A DNA stretch of 64,000 nt, from contig CM075977.1 in the NCBI GenBank assembly GCA_038087875.1, forward strand, positions 90,148,001 to 90,212,000, given 5' to 3'. Within the stretch, counting starts at the first letter, position 1. The number at the start of each line of letters is the position of its first letter. Under the pieces are notes generated by a model. The model was given only the letters and a program-made list of their open reading frames with translations, was not told where the DNA came from and did not search any database. A program made the position numbers and the translations under genes. The stretch comes from Malacoraja senta. Taxonomy: Eukaryota. Of this stretch, positions 48,476 through 61,745 are shown piece after piece.

Positions 48476-48660
48476 ATCTAAAATAAACACAGAAAACACA
48501 GCAAATGCCTGGTAAGTCATGCCACATCTGTGGTAAGAGAAGCAGAGTTCATGTTTGAAGTCTAAAGATCTTTGCCTTGAAACATTAACTCCGTTTCTCT
48601 TCCCGCAGATGTGGTCTGACCTGCTGAGTGTTTCCCTCGTTTTTTTTCATTTTATTTTGG
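48476..48660. mobile_element. Older palindromic Penelope-terminus element
   Basis: ccacatctgtgg...agaagcagagtt / aactccgtttctct...gcagatgtggtctgacctgctgag. Confidence 0.5.
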
Positions 48661-51366
48661 TCTATAAAATAACGTTGGAAATATACTAATACTCGTGCAA
48701 ATCCAGCAGTTTGAGTTGGTAAATTGCCAGTGGATTTTTCATGGCAGACTCACAAGGTTACCTTCTTCACCTCTTTGTTGTGATAAGGAAATGCTAAATC
48801 AAAGCAAATGCCAAGCACTTTCTGACAAACCAAGCAGCAGTTGAAGCAGTCATTGCCAAAGCAGGACATGCAGACTTCGACTGTGAGTCTCTCTATGGAT
48901 CAGACAGGCATGTAACAGCCGCTTTGTGCCACCTGCTATCTATCACTTAATTAGCATAATCATCTAATTTCCAGTTGGAAATAATAGTGTCATGCACTTT
49001 TCTGTAATTGCTACTGTCATAATATATGCTGAATTATGTGACACTTGTGTTATATGATTAGACATTTCAGGGGGTGGCTAAGGCATCAAATTCACACATC
49101 AGTACCTTTGATCTTGGCCGTGATACTAACCAATAAAAATAAACTTCAGAAGCCTTTTGCAATTTAAAAGTTAGACTGTTATAGAATGTTTTAAGGTAGA
49201 AAAAAAAGACATAAATCATGAATTCTTCTGAGACATAGTGAAGTTTATGCTTTGTGTTTGCACTTACATGAAATGTCTTAATTGCACAGCACTTAAACTA
49301 ACTGCGAGATATCCCACACTCATTAGCTCATCAAGGATTTGCCTTGCATTAATGTGACGGTCATAATCATCAGATATAATGAGGACTTTAAATATTTACA
49401 GTATTAAGTAGGTGTGCTGATGGGTGAGGTAGAAGCAGGCAGATTATAAGTATGAAAGAAAACTTGATGCTTTACATAATTAGCTTCCTTGCATTTTACT
49501 CTCAGGGATTATATCACTTGGTACCTATAGGTAATGAATGGGTCAGCCTGAGGTAGTTTAACTCCAGTTGAACAGACAGCACTGAACCAAAGCATATGAA
49601 AAAAACAGCAAGCAGGCGAGTGAGTGGTCTCAGCTCGTGTTCATGTCGAGACTGGTGTAATTGCATTATAATGGGCAGCCATGCTACAAGCACTATTGAC
49701 AAGGAGACTATGATTTCCAGATTCGTATAGATGTACTGTATTTCCTGATTCACTGTTTCTTCAGTATCCTCGATGTCTGTTTGCTGCGGTTTTTAATTGA
49801 ATATGCGTGTTGTTGTCCAGGCAAGATGATTTTTGCATAAAAATGTAAATTACAATTTCACAATTGGTTGTTGGAAATTATGCAAATATTTGATATACCA
49901 TTAATTTTCCAAATAATGCTACATTTTAAAATGGTATTCAGCCATTCAAGGACTAGGTAATTTTCTATAGCTCTAAATTAGACCAATTAAAATTTTCTTG
50001 CTGAAAAGTCTATGGTAATTGCAAACATGTACAGTCTTAGAGAAGCCTCTCTCTTTGATGCTGGCTTTCGTCCTGAGCAGAAAGAGCAACAATATATATT
50101 GGTGTTTTGTCTTGATATTGAATTAAACATTTATACTAGCTTCCTGTCCCACTGTGAAATGAGGCATTTGGATCAAAACTGTGGTGAATGAAAATAATGC
50201 AAACTGTGCAGTCACTGCCTACACAGTTATCATCTATGTGGAGTAGAGAGTTGCTTCCTTCCATGTTATATTTTTCAGTGTAGGTTGAGCATTAAAGCTC
50301 AAATGAATTTCAAAGTGAAGTAGGCTGAGGCAGACTCTAATTGGCAGTCCTGACACTGCTCACATTTAACTGCACTACTGGTAAAAATACTTTAAAATAA
50401 TTTTGCAATTGTAACAAGCTATTCTAAAAACCAGTGAGGAATATTTTCAATTAATCATTCCAGAGAAGGTTGTGAGATATTTAACAAAACCTAACTTACT
50501 ATTTTACTATTGGGCCTTGATGCAACAATTAATTAAAATTTTTGTTAATCTCTTAAAGAAAAGGAAAAGTGGAACAGGCGTTATTTTATGCAAAAAAATC
50601 TGTTCCATGTTCTCACTTGTTCACTCAGTCTTTGTTTCCCTTCTCGGTCTCACTGTCACGCCAAGCAAAATCCAGAGCACCAATGTCACAGCAAAATACA
50701 TTCATGATCAAATGTCAAACTGAACCAAAAAGATGATTTTTATCAAATTTATTTCTGGCATTCTGGCAAGATTGCACTTGCTGCTCATTCTTGTTGCTCT
50801 GAGAGAGTGGTAAGCCGTCCCTTTGTGAATTCAATTATTACATTGAAGGGACGACGTTAACATCTCAAGATTTAAACACAGAAACACGAATGTGTAGGTT
50901 AACCTATGATGACCATTTATCGGCACTGGGCCTGTACTCGCTGGAATTTAGATGATTGATATTTATAGATGTCAGAGGTTATGGGGAGAAGGCAGAAGAA
51001 TGGGGTTAGGAGGGAAAGTTAGATCACCCATGATTGAATGATGTAGACTTGATGGGCCGAATGGCCTAATTCTACTCCTATCACTTATGACCCAATGAAA
51101 CCATTGCCATGGCAAGAATTGTACAAGAATCGCCAGGGTTACGCCATTCCCATTGACACTAAAGCCAGAATAATGGAGACCTACTGTTAGCCTGGGATGT
51201 GTTGACTAACTGTTGAAAAATATCTTATTGCTGCATATGGCTGCTGCAGTGATGTAAAAGACTTTTAAAATACTTTAAAATAATTCTACAATTGTAGTTT
51301 AAGCCATTCTGAATACCAATGAGACTACTGATAATGGAAACTGGATAATAGGAATGATTAATTTTA

Positions 51367-51826
51367 GACAATAGACAATAGGTGCAGGAGTAGGCCATTC
51401 GGCCTTTCGAGCCAGCACCGCCATTCAATGTGATCATGGCTGATCATCCCCAATCAGTACCTCGTTCCTGCCTTCTCCCGATATCCCCTGACTCCGCTAT
51501 TTTTAAGAGCCCTATCTAGCTCTCTCTTGAAAGCATCCAGAGAACCTGAGGCAGAGAATTCCACACTCAGAACTCTCTGTGAGAAAAAGTGTTTCCTCGT
51601 CTCTGTTCTAAATGGCTTACTCCTTATTCTTAAACTGTGGCCCCTGGTTCTGGACTCCCCCAACATCGGGAACATGTTTCCCGCCTCTAGCGTGTCCAAG
51701 CCCTTAACAATCTAATATGTTTCAATGAGATACCCTCTCATCCTTCTAAACTCCAGAGTGTACAAGCCCAGCTGCTCCATTCTCTCAGCATATGACAGTC
51801 CCGCCATCTCGGGAATTAACCTTGTA
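51367..51826 (-). mobile_element. CR1 3' fragment
   Basis: MFPMLGESRTRGHSLRI...KAGTRY; 3'UTR and (gacaata)n tail. Confidence 0.92.
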
Positions 51827-52157
51827 TTTTAATTTTTATTCATTCATTCACAGAATGTGAATGTACTGGCAAGGCCCATCCTTAAATGCCCTAAAATTTA
51901 AGGCATTTAAGTTAGGAGTCAACCACATTAGTAGGTCCGTAAACCAGACTGCAAAAAGCTGGCAGATTTCCATCCAAAGGACAATTGTAAATCAGATGAA
52001 TGTTGATGACAATCCAATCGTTTTATGGTTCTTGTTACTTGGACTACATTGTTTTAAGTCGAGATTTTATTACGTGAACTGAAAGTCTACACATAACTTG
52101 ACTTTGTGAATATGGAGCAGTAGTCCAGAAACTGAACCACAAAGCTGCTGTAACCCA

Positions 52158-52550
52158 AGGAGGCTGAGGGGTGATCTTATAATGGTGTATAAAGTCATGA
52201 TGGAAATAAATAGGGTGAATCCACAGTGCCTTTTTTTCCTCTCAGGGTGGAGGAGTCAAGAACTAGAGGGCATAGGTTTAAGGTGGGAGGAGAAAGATTT
52301 AATAAGTACCAGAGGCACAACTGGTTTCATTCAGAGTACTTGAGTACAGTTGATCAGTATATGGAACAAGCTGCCAGAGGAAGTAGTTACGGCATGTACA
52401 ATAACAACAATTGAAAGACATTTGGACAGGTACATGGATAGGAAAGGTTCAGAGGGAAATGGGCCAGATGTGGATAAATGGAACTAGCATAGATGGGAGT
52501 TTGGTCGCATGGACTAGTTGGGCCGAAGAGCCTGTTTTTGCACTGTATGA
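52158..52550 (+). mobile_element. CR1 3' fragment
   Basis: ESRTRGHRFKV; gggccgaagagcctg tail. Confidence 0.85.
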
Positions 52551-52628
52551 CTACATAACCTTTTATTAGGTTTGTGGTGTTAATTAGGTTTTCCTTGCTG
52601 GGGATGGTCAATGCCTGAAATAGGTACC

Positions 52629-52710
52629 AGTCTGAAGAAGGGTCTCAACACAAAACATCACACAATCCTTCTATCCAGATATGCTGCTAGTCCCACTGAG
52701 TTGTCTCTAT
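52629..52710 (+). mobile_element. Solo Penelope-terminus insert (decayed)
   Basis: agtctgaagaagggtctcaacac...gatatgctgc...ccactgagtt. Confidence 0.65.
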
Positions 52711-52724
52711 TCTCACTCTATTTT

Positions 52725-52977
52725 AAGGCATGTTAGGTGAGGGATAGACATAAGCCAAGACACGAAGGATAGCTCCCCTACTCCGGAATAATACCACATG
52801 GAACTTTTACATCTCAGAAGCCATAAAAGGCCTCAGTTTAAAGCTTCATCTGGAAGGCAGCACCAAAGTGCATCACTGCAGTGGCAAATAAAGCTTGTAC
52901 ACTCGCATCTCTGCAGAGGGACTCCCACAACCTTTTGACTCAAAAGCAAACACACTACCAACTGAGCCACAGCTGAG
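52725..52977 (-). mobile_element. SacSINE1/Deu-domain-like SINE
   Basis: Minus strand cagctgtggctcagttggtag...gagtcaaaaggttgtggg...taaactgaggcc...gtaaaagttccatg...ggggagctatcc. Confidence 0.7.
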
Positions 52978-55258
52978 ACTGGCCACAGGAAAGAAAAGAC
53001 CTGTGATGAACTGGCTGAAAAAGGTTGTAATTAAAGAGGCCACACTGTGTAACTCCTGCAGAGATGTTGTGAGACAACAATACATGGTCTCTATCACTAC
53101 AATCATCAGGTGTGACTCTAGACATTGGACACTTTCCTATTTATACCAATTGACCTCAATTGTCCTTGTGCTCCTTGGGGGTTTGACCAAATAGGGTGTT
53201 GATGTGAAGTATACCCCCCCCCCCCCCCCCTCCAATAACATGCTCTTGATTGCGACCAGAACTAAGTATGTTGTCTGCTTTAAATTCGTTCACTTGCAAA
53301 TATTGATGCTCATTTACTCCCTCTTTAATTGAGGTGCTAAGCTTTTAAAAGAAGTCAGTTGGAAGGAGACTATACCTGGAGACTATACTTACCATCCCTA
53401 TTTGTAATAGATTTTCTCATCCTCCATCCAAGTTTCCTAGGTTTGAAACTGAAAATATTACAATACAAACTTTGGTTTGCGTGTACAGAGAAAATTAAGA
53501 TCCAGGAAGCCAGTTGAACCAGTTCCAACAGAATTTTAAACTATTCATTAAAACGTTTTCTCATAAACCTGTTTAGTTCAAAATATTTACCCTTCCTTTC
53601 TATTTTAATTGCAATTAAATTCATGCATCCAATTCATGATGATTTGTTTCTTTTTTTAGTTTAGTTACTGTTCAAATCTTGCCAAATAAAAATAATAGCT
53701 ACATTTATAGGGTGCAAATATTGCATGACTTTACAATATGCTGCTCGTGTTATTTAACTGTACTCGATCTAAATGCTTTTGTTACTGGTGCAACATGAAG
53801 TGTGTTACAAAGTGCTGTGAAATTGACAGGCTAAAGGGCATACTTCTTCAGTTCCTTTAAATTAACCACACAGCTCTGTTCAGCAGCAAGTCTTAATTAG
53901 AAACAGGCATTGGTTCTAATTATTTGCAAATTAACAAGGCGGCATGTAAATAGTGATAATAACTTTAATTGCACTTTAGCGGTATTGTAGTTAATAAGGT
54001 CTAAGCAGCATTCCCTTTGTTGAGACAGTGTTAAGACGTAACACCAACTGTGAGGCAACAGCATCAAGGGTTATATTAAATGATACACCCTGAGACATCT
54101 TACAGAAGCTACTCAAAGACAAAAGATATAGTTTAGATCTAGAGGAATCAATATGCCTGATAAAAGGTTTCATCCATTGCATGTAGAGAAACAAAATGTT
54201 TCAGCCGTCTAATTAGACAAAATAAAGGATCATGTGTAGTGCAAGCTAGCGGCATTGAAGTGTTCATTATTTTAGAAGAACTGTACAAAGATGCATTTTT
54301 TAAATTCCTGCAGCTTCAATAATCCTACCTGTTGTTATTTTCCAAACTCCTTGCATTTCACGTGGAATCGTGATAGCCTGCTGATTTAACAAACTCTTCC
54401 TCGGGTCTTCATGTGCTATAAGGCGTCGTAAGGCTGTGGTACATATTTGGAAGGCTGATGACGCTAACGAATCACTGCACAAATTACCAAATCGATGTGA
54501 AAGCAGCCGCTGCTGTTTAAGTATCAATAAATGTACCTTTTTGCTGGAATGGATAAGTGTTGCATTTGAAAGTAATATGGATCTCTTAATTGAAAATTAA
54601 TTTTAAATCAATGAAGAGAGTCATTTAAATATTGATTGTCCCTATCAATGTGAATTGTTAATGGTTGGGTTTTGTAACAACTTTGTTTAAGATGCAATCA
54701 ATAGCACATCATCAGTACATTCCATAAAAGAAAATTGACAGATGTTCTTAAAATGCCTTCTGGGTATAATAATCTCATCTGCTTTCATGTATGGCCTGGA
54801 ATGTCCATGATCCTTTAGCTTTCCAAATGAAATCTTTACATTTCAAAGATTTAAATCGGCTTCGAGTTTACTTGTGCAAAGTAAAAGAGCTATTGTGTTG
54901 ATGAAAATAGCATTGCAAAATATGAAGAATTTAGTGGATGTTTCAGGGAGAGTTAAAACCATTCATTAATATTGTGTGATATTTTTAGGTGGGATTTTCT
55001 TGTACCCTGCCACTGTTTTCTTTGCATCCTACTCATCTAAATGATGTCAATAGCAGGGTGATGGAGAGAATTTGTCTCCAGCACAATTTTCCACCTGACT
55101 GGTGTTGTTCATGGAGCCATGATGGTGTTCAGTCACAAAAGAACCAGCTTCTAACTCGGAAGGCTTCAAAAAAAATATTTTTAAAGCCCAGACATATCTC
55201 TCCTCTTCAATAAGTTTTTTTTCCCTGTGAGGGTGGTGGGTGGTATATATCCATTGCA

Positions 55259-56375
55259 TTACGAATCGCCCATGCCGGAGGGAAAAACTGGAAGGAGGCA
55301 CTGTTAGCATACGTAGCTGTATATCGGGCAATCACTCACTCAACGACTGGGAAAAGTCCTGCAGAAGCTTTGTTTGGAAGGAAAATTCGCACTAAAATAC
55401 CAGAAGTGCGAGAGATCATGGAAGACCAGGAGCTGAGAGACTGTGATGCCGAAAAGAAAGATGCGGCAAAATGGTATGCCGACTTGAAACGAGGAGCCAG
55501 GCACTGAAATAATTCCTGGGGATGATGTGCTAGTGAGGCGAGATGATGGCGGTAAGATAGACACTCCTTAACATTGCCAACCATACAGTGTTGTACCGAG
55601 GAGCGGCAGCATGGTGACAGTCAAGTCTCCAGAAGGTGTTATCTACAAGAGAAATGTATCGAGTGTCCAAAAGTACATATCCAGGGACTCTCAAAACGAG
55701 GTAGCCCAAAGTCCACCAAGAGCAACTGATTCAGAGGGGCCAGACGACATTTCTGAGGTGGTGTCCAGAGTTCCAGAGGCAGCACGCTGCAACGCAGGTG
55801 GTGAGCAGAGAAGGTGTCTGGGTGACAACACTTTGGCAGATTCAACAGGCTCTGATGCTTCGGTGCCAACTGGTAGACCAAACTGTGAAAGGAGAGTCCC
55901 CAAGCGATACGATTTTGTGTTATAGATTATAATACTCTTTAGTATGATACTGTTTATTATGATACTGTTTATTATAATACTGTTTATTATGAGCATATTA
56001 AGGTTACAAGAGTGTAAAAAGTTGCATTTGTTTTGTGGTTGTAATGCATCTGTTTCGTGAGTTATTGGAACACAAATGAAAGCACAAATATGTTTTGTAA
56101 GAATTTAATTGGAAAGAATATTGGAATGAACACATATTAATTTCAAGTTTAATTCTGGTAAAGGAGAGATGTCATGACGATGAGTCATGATGATGATATG
56201 CAAATATCATGACCTTTGTATTAGCTGACCTGGAGGTCAGATCGCATGTGCGCTGTGTAAGCCTAGGCAGGAGGCCATGGCTGAGTGAGATAATAAACAC
56301 GGAGATAAAGGAATGTAACCTATAAATATTGTGTCAGTATCATTATTATTCCACATCTGAGGCCAGGATGTGACA
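55259..56375 (+). mobile_element. Gypsy LTR retrotransposon 3' end (integrase remnant, PPT, 3' LTR)
   Basis: NWKEALLAYVAVYRAITHSTTGKSPAEALFGRKIRTKIP, then PYSVV...YKRNVS; PPT aaaggagaga at 56160-56169; LTR tgtca...tgaca at 56170-56375 containing aataaa. Confidence 0.85.
55940..55992. repeat. 15-bp tandem repeat (atgatactgtttatt) in the Gypsy 3'UTR
   Basis: About 3.5 units visible. Confidence 0.85.
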
Positions 56376-57400
56376 GTATTCACCTTCCGAGACACTTCCA
56401 GCCAGAAGTACCTTTGCAAAAAGAAAATGGCTGATGCATGCGCTCCTCTTCAGCAGCCTGTTCCTTTACCATTCAGTTCCCTCCCCACAGGACTTGACTA
56501 GCTCTTCACGTCATTGGAGCAAACACTTATTTCTTATCAACATTCTCCAAGTGGCTGGAAGTGTGTGGTTTGTACTGTTGCTTAACCCTTTAAGAGCTGT
56601 TTCCTGCTGTTATGATACTTAAAAATAACATGAGAAATGTAACTTTCAGTGCCTGCAGCTCTTGAAACAAATTAGCTTCACACGAGGGAGCCTGATAGCA
56701 CTGTTCTTAAATTGACATTAATGAATGACATGATACTTTTTAAAAGAGCTTTTTGAAGCTGTGGGGAGGTTGATTTGCTATTTTAATGCCCCTTGTAGAT
56801 AATGGTGCAAATGTAATTTTAGGCCAATTAGTTGAATTTGAAGGTAAAGCATGCAAAGATTCTTGTAGTCGTACAATGGTAGTACAAGTGGTTGCTTTTA
56901 ACTATTTGCACAATTGGATTACTCATGAAACAGTGGCAGAAATATTGGTTTACATTCAGTTTAATTTGTATGGTATGTTCATTATTATTGGAAAGAGCTA
57001 CAATTATGTTCAATAACCACATAAAATAACATAATGAGAGTTGAGTGGATGTTGTTCTTCATTCAATGAACTAATAGCATTGACACCTGTTTTCATTCAG
57101 GCAAGCCTTAACTGTGGAGAAAGAACAATGTTATTGTATAAAGCATTAGGCAAAAAAAAGTGCCGTTTACCTAAGCTGTATACCAGACTTTAGCCGCATT
57201 ACATATTTTGTTCTGTTTGGTTTTCTCAAGCTTTTAACAAAATAGGCATTTTCTACATGTGCTTATGGAATTGAATTCCAATAATAGCTTTTATTGGTTT
57301 CTCCTGTGCTATTTTCCATTCAGAAGTAAATGCCATTGCTTCCATTTAATTTGGATTTGAAGAACCAGCTAATCTAGCTAAAAGAGTACAAATCCTATTG

Positions 57401-57529
57401 AAGTCTGAAGAAGGGTCTCGACCCGAAACGTCGCCTATTCCTTCGCTCAATAGATGCACCTCACCTGCTGAGTTTCTCTAGCTTTTTTGTCTACCTTTGA
57501 TTTTTCCAGCATCTACAGTTCTTTCTTAA
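57401..57529 (+). mobile_element. Solo Penelope-terminus insert
   Basis: TSD acaaatcctattg/acaaatcatattg (57388-57400, 57530-57542). Confidence 0.88.
57405..57432 (+). ncRNA. Minimal type I hammerhead ribozyme motif with GUC site
   Basis: CUGAAGA-A-GGGU(CUCG)ACCC-GAAAC-GUC. Confidence 0.72.
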
Positions 57530-57616
57530 ACAAATCATATTGTGGGATACTTTGTCTTGTTTAACAGAATGAGGGAAGTAAAGCCACATATTGCTTTCAT
57601 GTAGTGTATGTATTCA

Positions 57617-57795
57617 AGATGTGATGTATTCAAGAGAGAGTTAGATATATCTCTTAGGGCTAACGGAATCAAGGGATATGGGCAGAAGGCTGGAACGGGG
57701 TACTGATTGTGGATGATCAGCCATGATCATATTGAATGGCGGTGCTGGCTCGAAGGGCCGAATGGCCTACTCCTGCACCTATTTTCTATGTTTCA
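57617..57795 (+). mobile_element. CR1 3' end
   Basis: ttcaagagagagttagat...aatggcctactcctgcacctattttctatg. Confidence 0.9.
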
Positions 57796-60700
57796 AGGTT
57801 TCAAACATGAAACTGGCTGATGTGACTTGGTTGGATATGGCACTGCTCTACACCCATTGACAATACAGGGGGTAGAGGTCGAGCAGAACAAGGATCAGGA
57901 AAGAACAAACATAACTCTTCACTCCAAAACACCTTTACAACTTCCAGTGAAGTAACTCATCCATTATTGTGCTGCATTTCTTCAGGTGTAAAGCTCAACA
58001 GAATGTCAACAAGCCTGACTTGGGTATAAGAAAATCTCTTCATTTTGGAAACTTGCTTCTACAAATGACAGTAAATCACGGGGAAAAATGTGAAGTATAG
58101 CTTTGTTATTCCAGCAAAGAAAACATATCTTTAAAATTAAAATATACTCGGTTAAATATTCTAAAAATGACAAAAGTTTGCGCTAATTTATCAATCAACA
58201 TGGATGATATATAAGCAGTTTCAAAGCATAGAATAATAAACAACCTGGATTTTCTGAAATATGAAACGGGCTTATAATTCTTTAATAGCTTCAACAAAAA
58301 GAAATACAATAGATTTTTTGAGTAAAGTGTAAATCTGTGGTGTGACAATATTTGCACCTCTCCAACTTCCATAGCACTATTGTCACTTTTGATGCTGCAT
58401 GGCCAAGTTCATTTTGTTTAGCATCCCCTTTCCTTAAAAAAATCCCAACTAAAATAAAATTAAAATACAACTGTAGTACCTATGCTTTCTGATGCATATG
58501 GGTTTTGCATATGAAGATGATGTTACAGAGGAAGGGCTTGGGGTTTGGCTGATGGATTTTATTTGTCTGATAGAGTTGACCAGGGAAATAGAGCTGCAGC
58601 TGGTTACTTCATTAGGTTATCTCATTGATTGAACTGTGCTGAAGTGGTGCAGCAGGCTCCACGATAACTGCTGGTAATAGAACAAAATGAATTCTTATCA
58701 CAGAGATTGGAAAGGCCATTAACCTCGGCTTCCAGTGCTTTCAGAAGTTAAAGACAGGAAACTGCATGATGACCGGCAAAACTGCTTTCTGTCTAACCAC
58801 AGGTCACGTTGGAGGGCACGTGGGAATTTTTACCCTTCGGCTTCTGCATAGATGAAACAATTAAAAGACAGATGTTTAAAATCATTCTGTAATTTAAAAA
58901 AAGAGAAGGAAGAAAATATCAAAATAGAAAGGATTTTATCTTGATTATTTTGAATGCGGCAATAATTGTTTGCATCAGGGCACTTGCTCTATTACAAGGA
59001 CAATGATATCAGAAATATTTACCAATAGGTGTAGTTTTTGGATCATTTGTTCTTCCTTTGCTGCTTGAGTGGTGAAAATAATTTAATCCATTCATAAATA
59101 CATCTCCTGTTTCCATGACATTGGCGGAGGGGCATCTTGCAATTCTTCAAACGATCTGGCCCATAAATGCAGTGCATGGCAAATGAATATTTGCTATTTC
59201 TTGCCACAAATAGTGGATTAACTGGTTAATTAATCATAATTAGCCTTTTTGAGCCAAGCATTAGCTCAGTGAAAAATTCTAAGGGAAAATAATCTGCAAT
59301 CATTCAAATTAGACACCTGTGAGGCTGTTTAAAATGCATTTATATAATTCAATTGGAACACGATATGTTAGGCTAGTTTCTCTGAGGTACACATAAAAAA
59401 ATGGCTGATTAGTGATTGCTGCCTTAATGTTGTGACCTTAAATGAAATTGAAGCACTTAGTGATGGATGTGGTCACTTGTTGTGGCTGGGATAATCGGTT
59501 GCTGTACTGTGCAGTGAAGAAAGCATACAGTACAGATGTAGATGTGGACTATATAATATAGTTATATGAAATTCAGTTCACCCACTGACAGATCGCAGAT
59601 CAGATCAGTTGTATGCTTTTCTGTCTATCAATATTACGGCTCCTCCCCATAGATCTAGTCGCTCACTCCTGAAAGATATTTAGACTAAATACTGTATGCG
59701 TGCATGAGGTATTCCCAATCCTGTAGATCCTTACTGCATTATTTACGTGTGGGTTTTCATTTCATCTCTTTGTAGCATTTTTTTTTTTAATGGAGAAAAG
59801 CACTCACATCTGTCTTCTCAATTACCATCACAGTAATTATTATGTAAAAACTTTGTGGAATATATGAATCAATATGAAATATAACTGAAAAACAGCAACA
59901 CAAATGAAGTCTTAAAACTGTAGATACACAACCAAATATCACATGATCTATGCATTATACCTTTTTATTAAAGGGCAGAATATGAAGCCAAACTGATCTA
60001 ACGGATAAGCACATGCAGTATATATTTAAAAAAAATACACTTCTTTGTTTATATCAAGTAACAAACGAAATAATTAGTTCCTAATGCTTAATATAATATT
60101 TATGCTTAATATTTATTGAGTGTATTCACTCTGGACCAGTGTCAAATGTTGTTTGATAAAATTCCTGTGAGGTGCATTGGGGCCTTCTTAATTTGTTAAC
60201 AGTGCTACATGAATGCAAATTGCTGTCATTGTTAATAACTATGAATTAGCATGATGGTATATTAAATAATATTAAGGATCATAGAGGATTCATAATAACT
60301 ATCGGCATTGGCTTGAGAAGGCAAAACCAACAGCAGAAGCAATAACCAAAACCAGAATGAAACCCCCACAAAATTGAAATGATACACTTACAAATAATGG
60401 AAAATACAGAGGAGGGATTTCAGGGTTGCAATTTAATTGAGTAGTTTAAATTATTGTTATAAACTGCTTGAATTCATTCTCATAGTTGATGGCATTGTCT
60501 GAAGCAAAAATGAGATCTCGGCCTTGTAATAATTCCCAGCTATCCTCCCTGTCCCGTTAAAAAGACCTGAAGTGAACACATTTGGTTCAGGGAGGGTTTT
60601 CAGTCTTTCAGTCTGATGTATAACGCACATTATTAGTATATCTGTAGAAATTCTCAGCAAAATCAATATGAGAGAAGGAATCGACATTGAAGGAATGTGT

Positions 60701-61249
60701 AGGTTGCTTGAAGCATTAGATTTCTGAAGCAAGTTGAGATGCCTATATACATTAATTAAAGTAAATCGATTAATGCTTTCAGGCGACATTGCACTGCTCA
60801 CTGTTTAAACAAGTGTGGGTTAATATCTTCATGTGGAAGAATTTCACACAAAAGCATCTTAAAACTAGTGCAGTTCAGCACTCCTCATCTTAAGTTTGCC
60901 CCTCAAATTTTCTAAGCATAAATTAATAGTCTAAGGTAGACAAAAATCCTGGAGACGCTCAGCGGGTGAGGCAGCTTCTATGGAGCAAAGGAATAATTAA
61001 AAATTAATAAAGTCTAACTTGTAGTGATGGGAGGAAGGGAATGTTCTGGGTTTTTTTTAGCAAAAACTCTTTGTATGAGTAACAAAAACAACACAAAAAA
61101 TTTACTCCATAACACGTCTCAGTAGACAAGGTTACTATAGTATCTACTGAGGACTATATTTACATACCTGTTGTGCTGTTGCAAGTAAGAATTTCATTGT
61201 TCCGTTTCAGGATATAACAATAAAATATTCTTGACTCTTGACACCTGAT

Positions 61250-61745
61250 ACCCGCTACAACTTACTTAGGAGCTTGGTGGGTCCACAGCTGGAGTATTAT
61301 TTAATGTTCTAGTCTCCTCGGCAAACAAAATAGATATACTTGATATAGAAGAAGTGCAATGAAGATGCACCAGGTTGGTTTTCAAGATGATTAGTCTGTC
61401 ATCTGTGCATCAAGTGAGACAGCTATTGTAGGTTTTCGAAGTTTAGAAGAATGAGGGCACTTAATCGAGACCTAATCTATGTTTCTATGTTTCTATGAGA
61501 CATGTAAAATATTCAGAGGACTTCACAAACTGGATGCCGGGACTATTTTTTCTCTGTCTAGGGTAATTGGGTCTGTGGGTTAGAGTCTCAAAAATAGAGG
61601 GTAGTCCATTTGGGGCTGAGATGAAGAGAAATCACCTTACTGAGAAGATGCAGAATCTTTGGAATGCTCTGCTCTAGGGGGCTGTGGAAGTCCAGTCATT
61701 GATTACATTCAAATCTGAGATCAATATATTATAAGATATGGGAAA
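61250..61745 (+). mobile_element. Old CR1 3' fragment
   Basis: ccacagctggagtat..., tttagaagaatgaggg, gaatctttggaatgctct. Confidence 0.6.
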
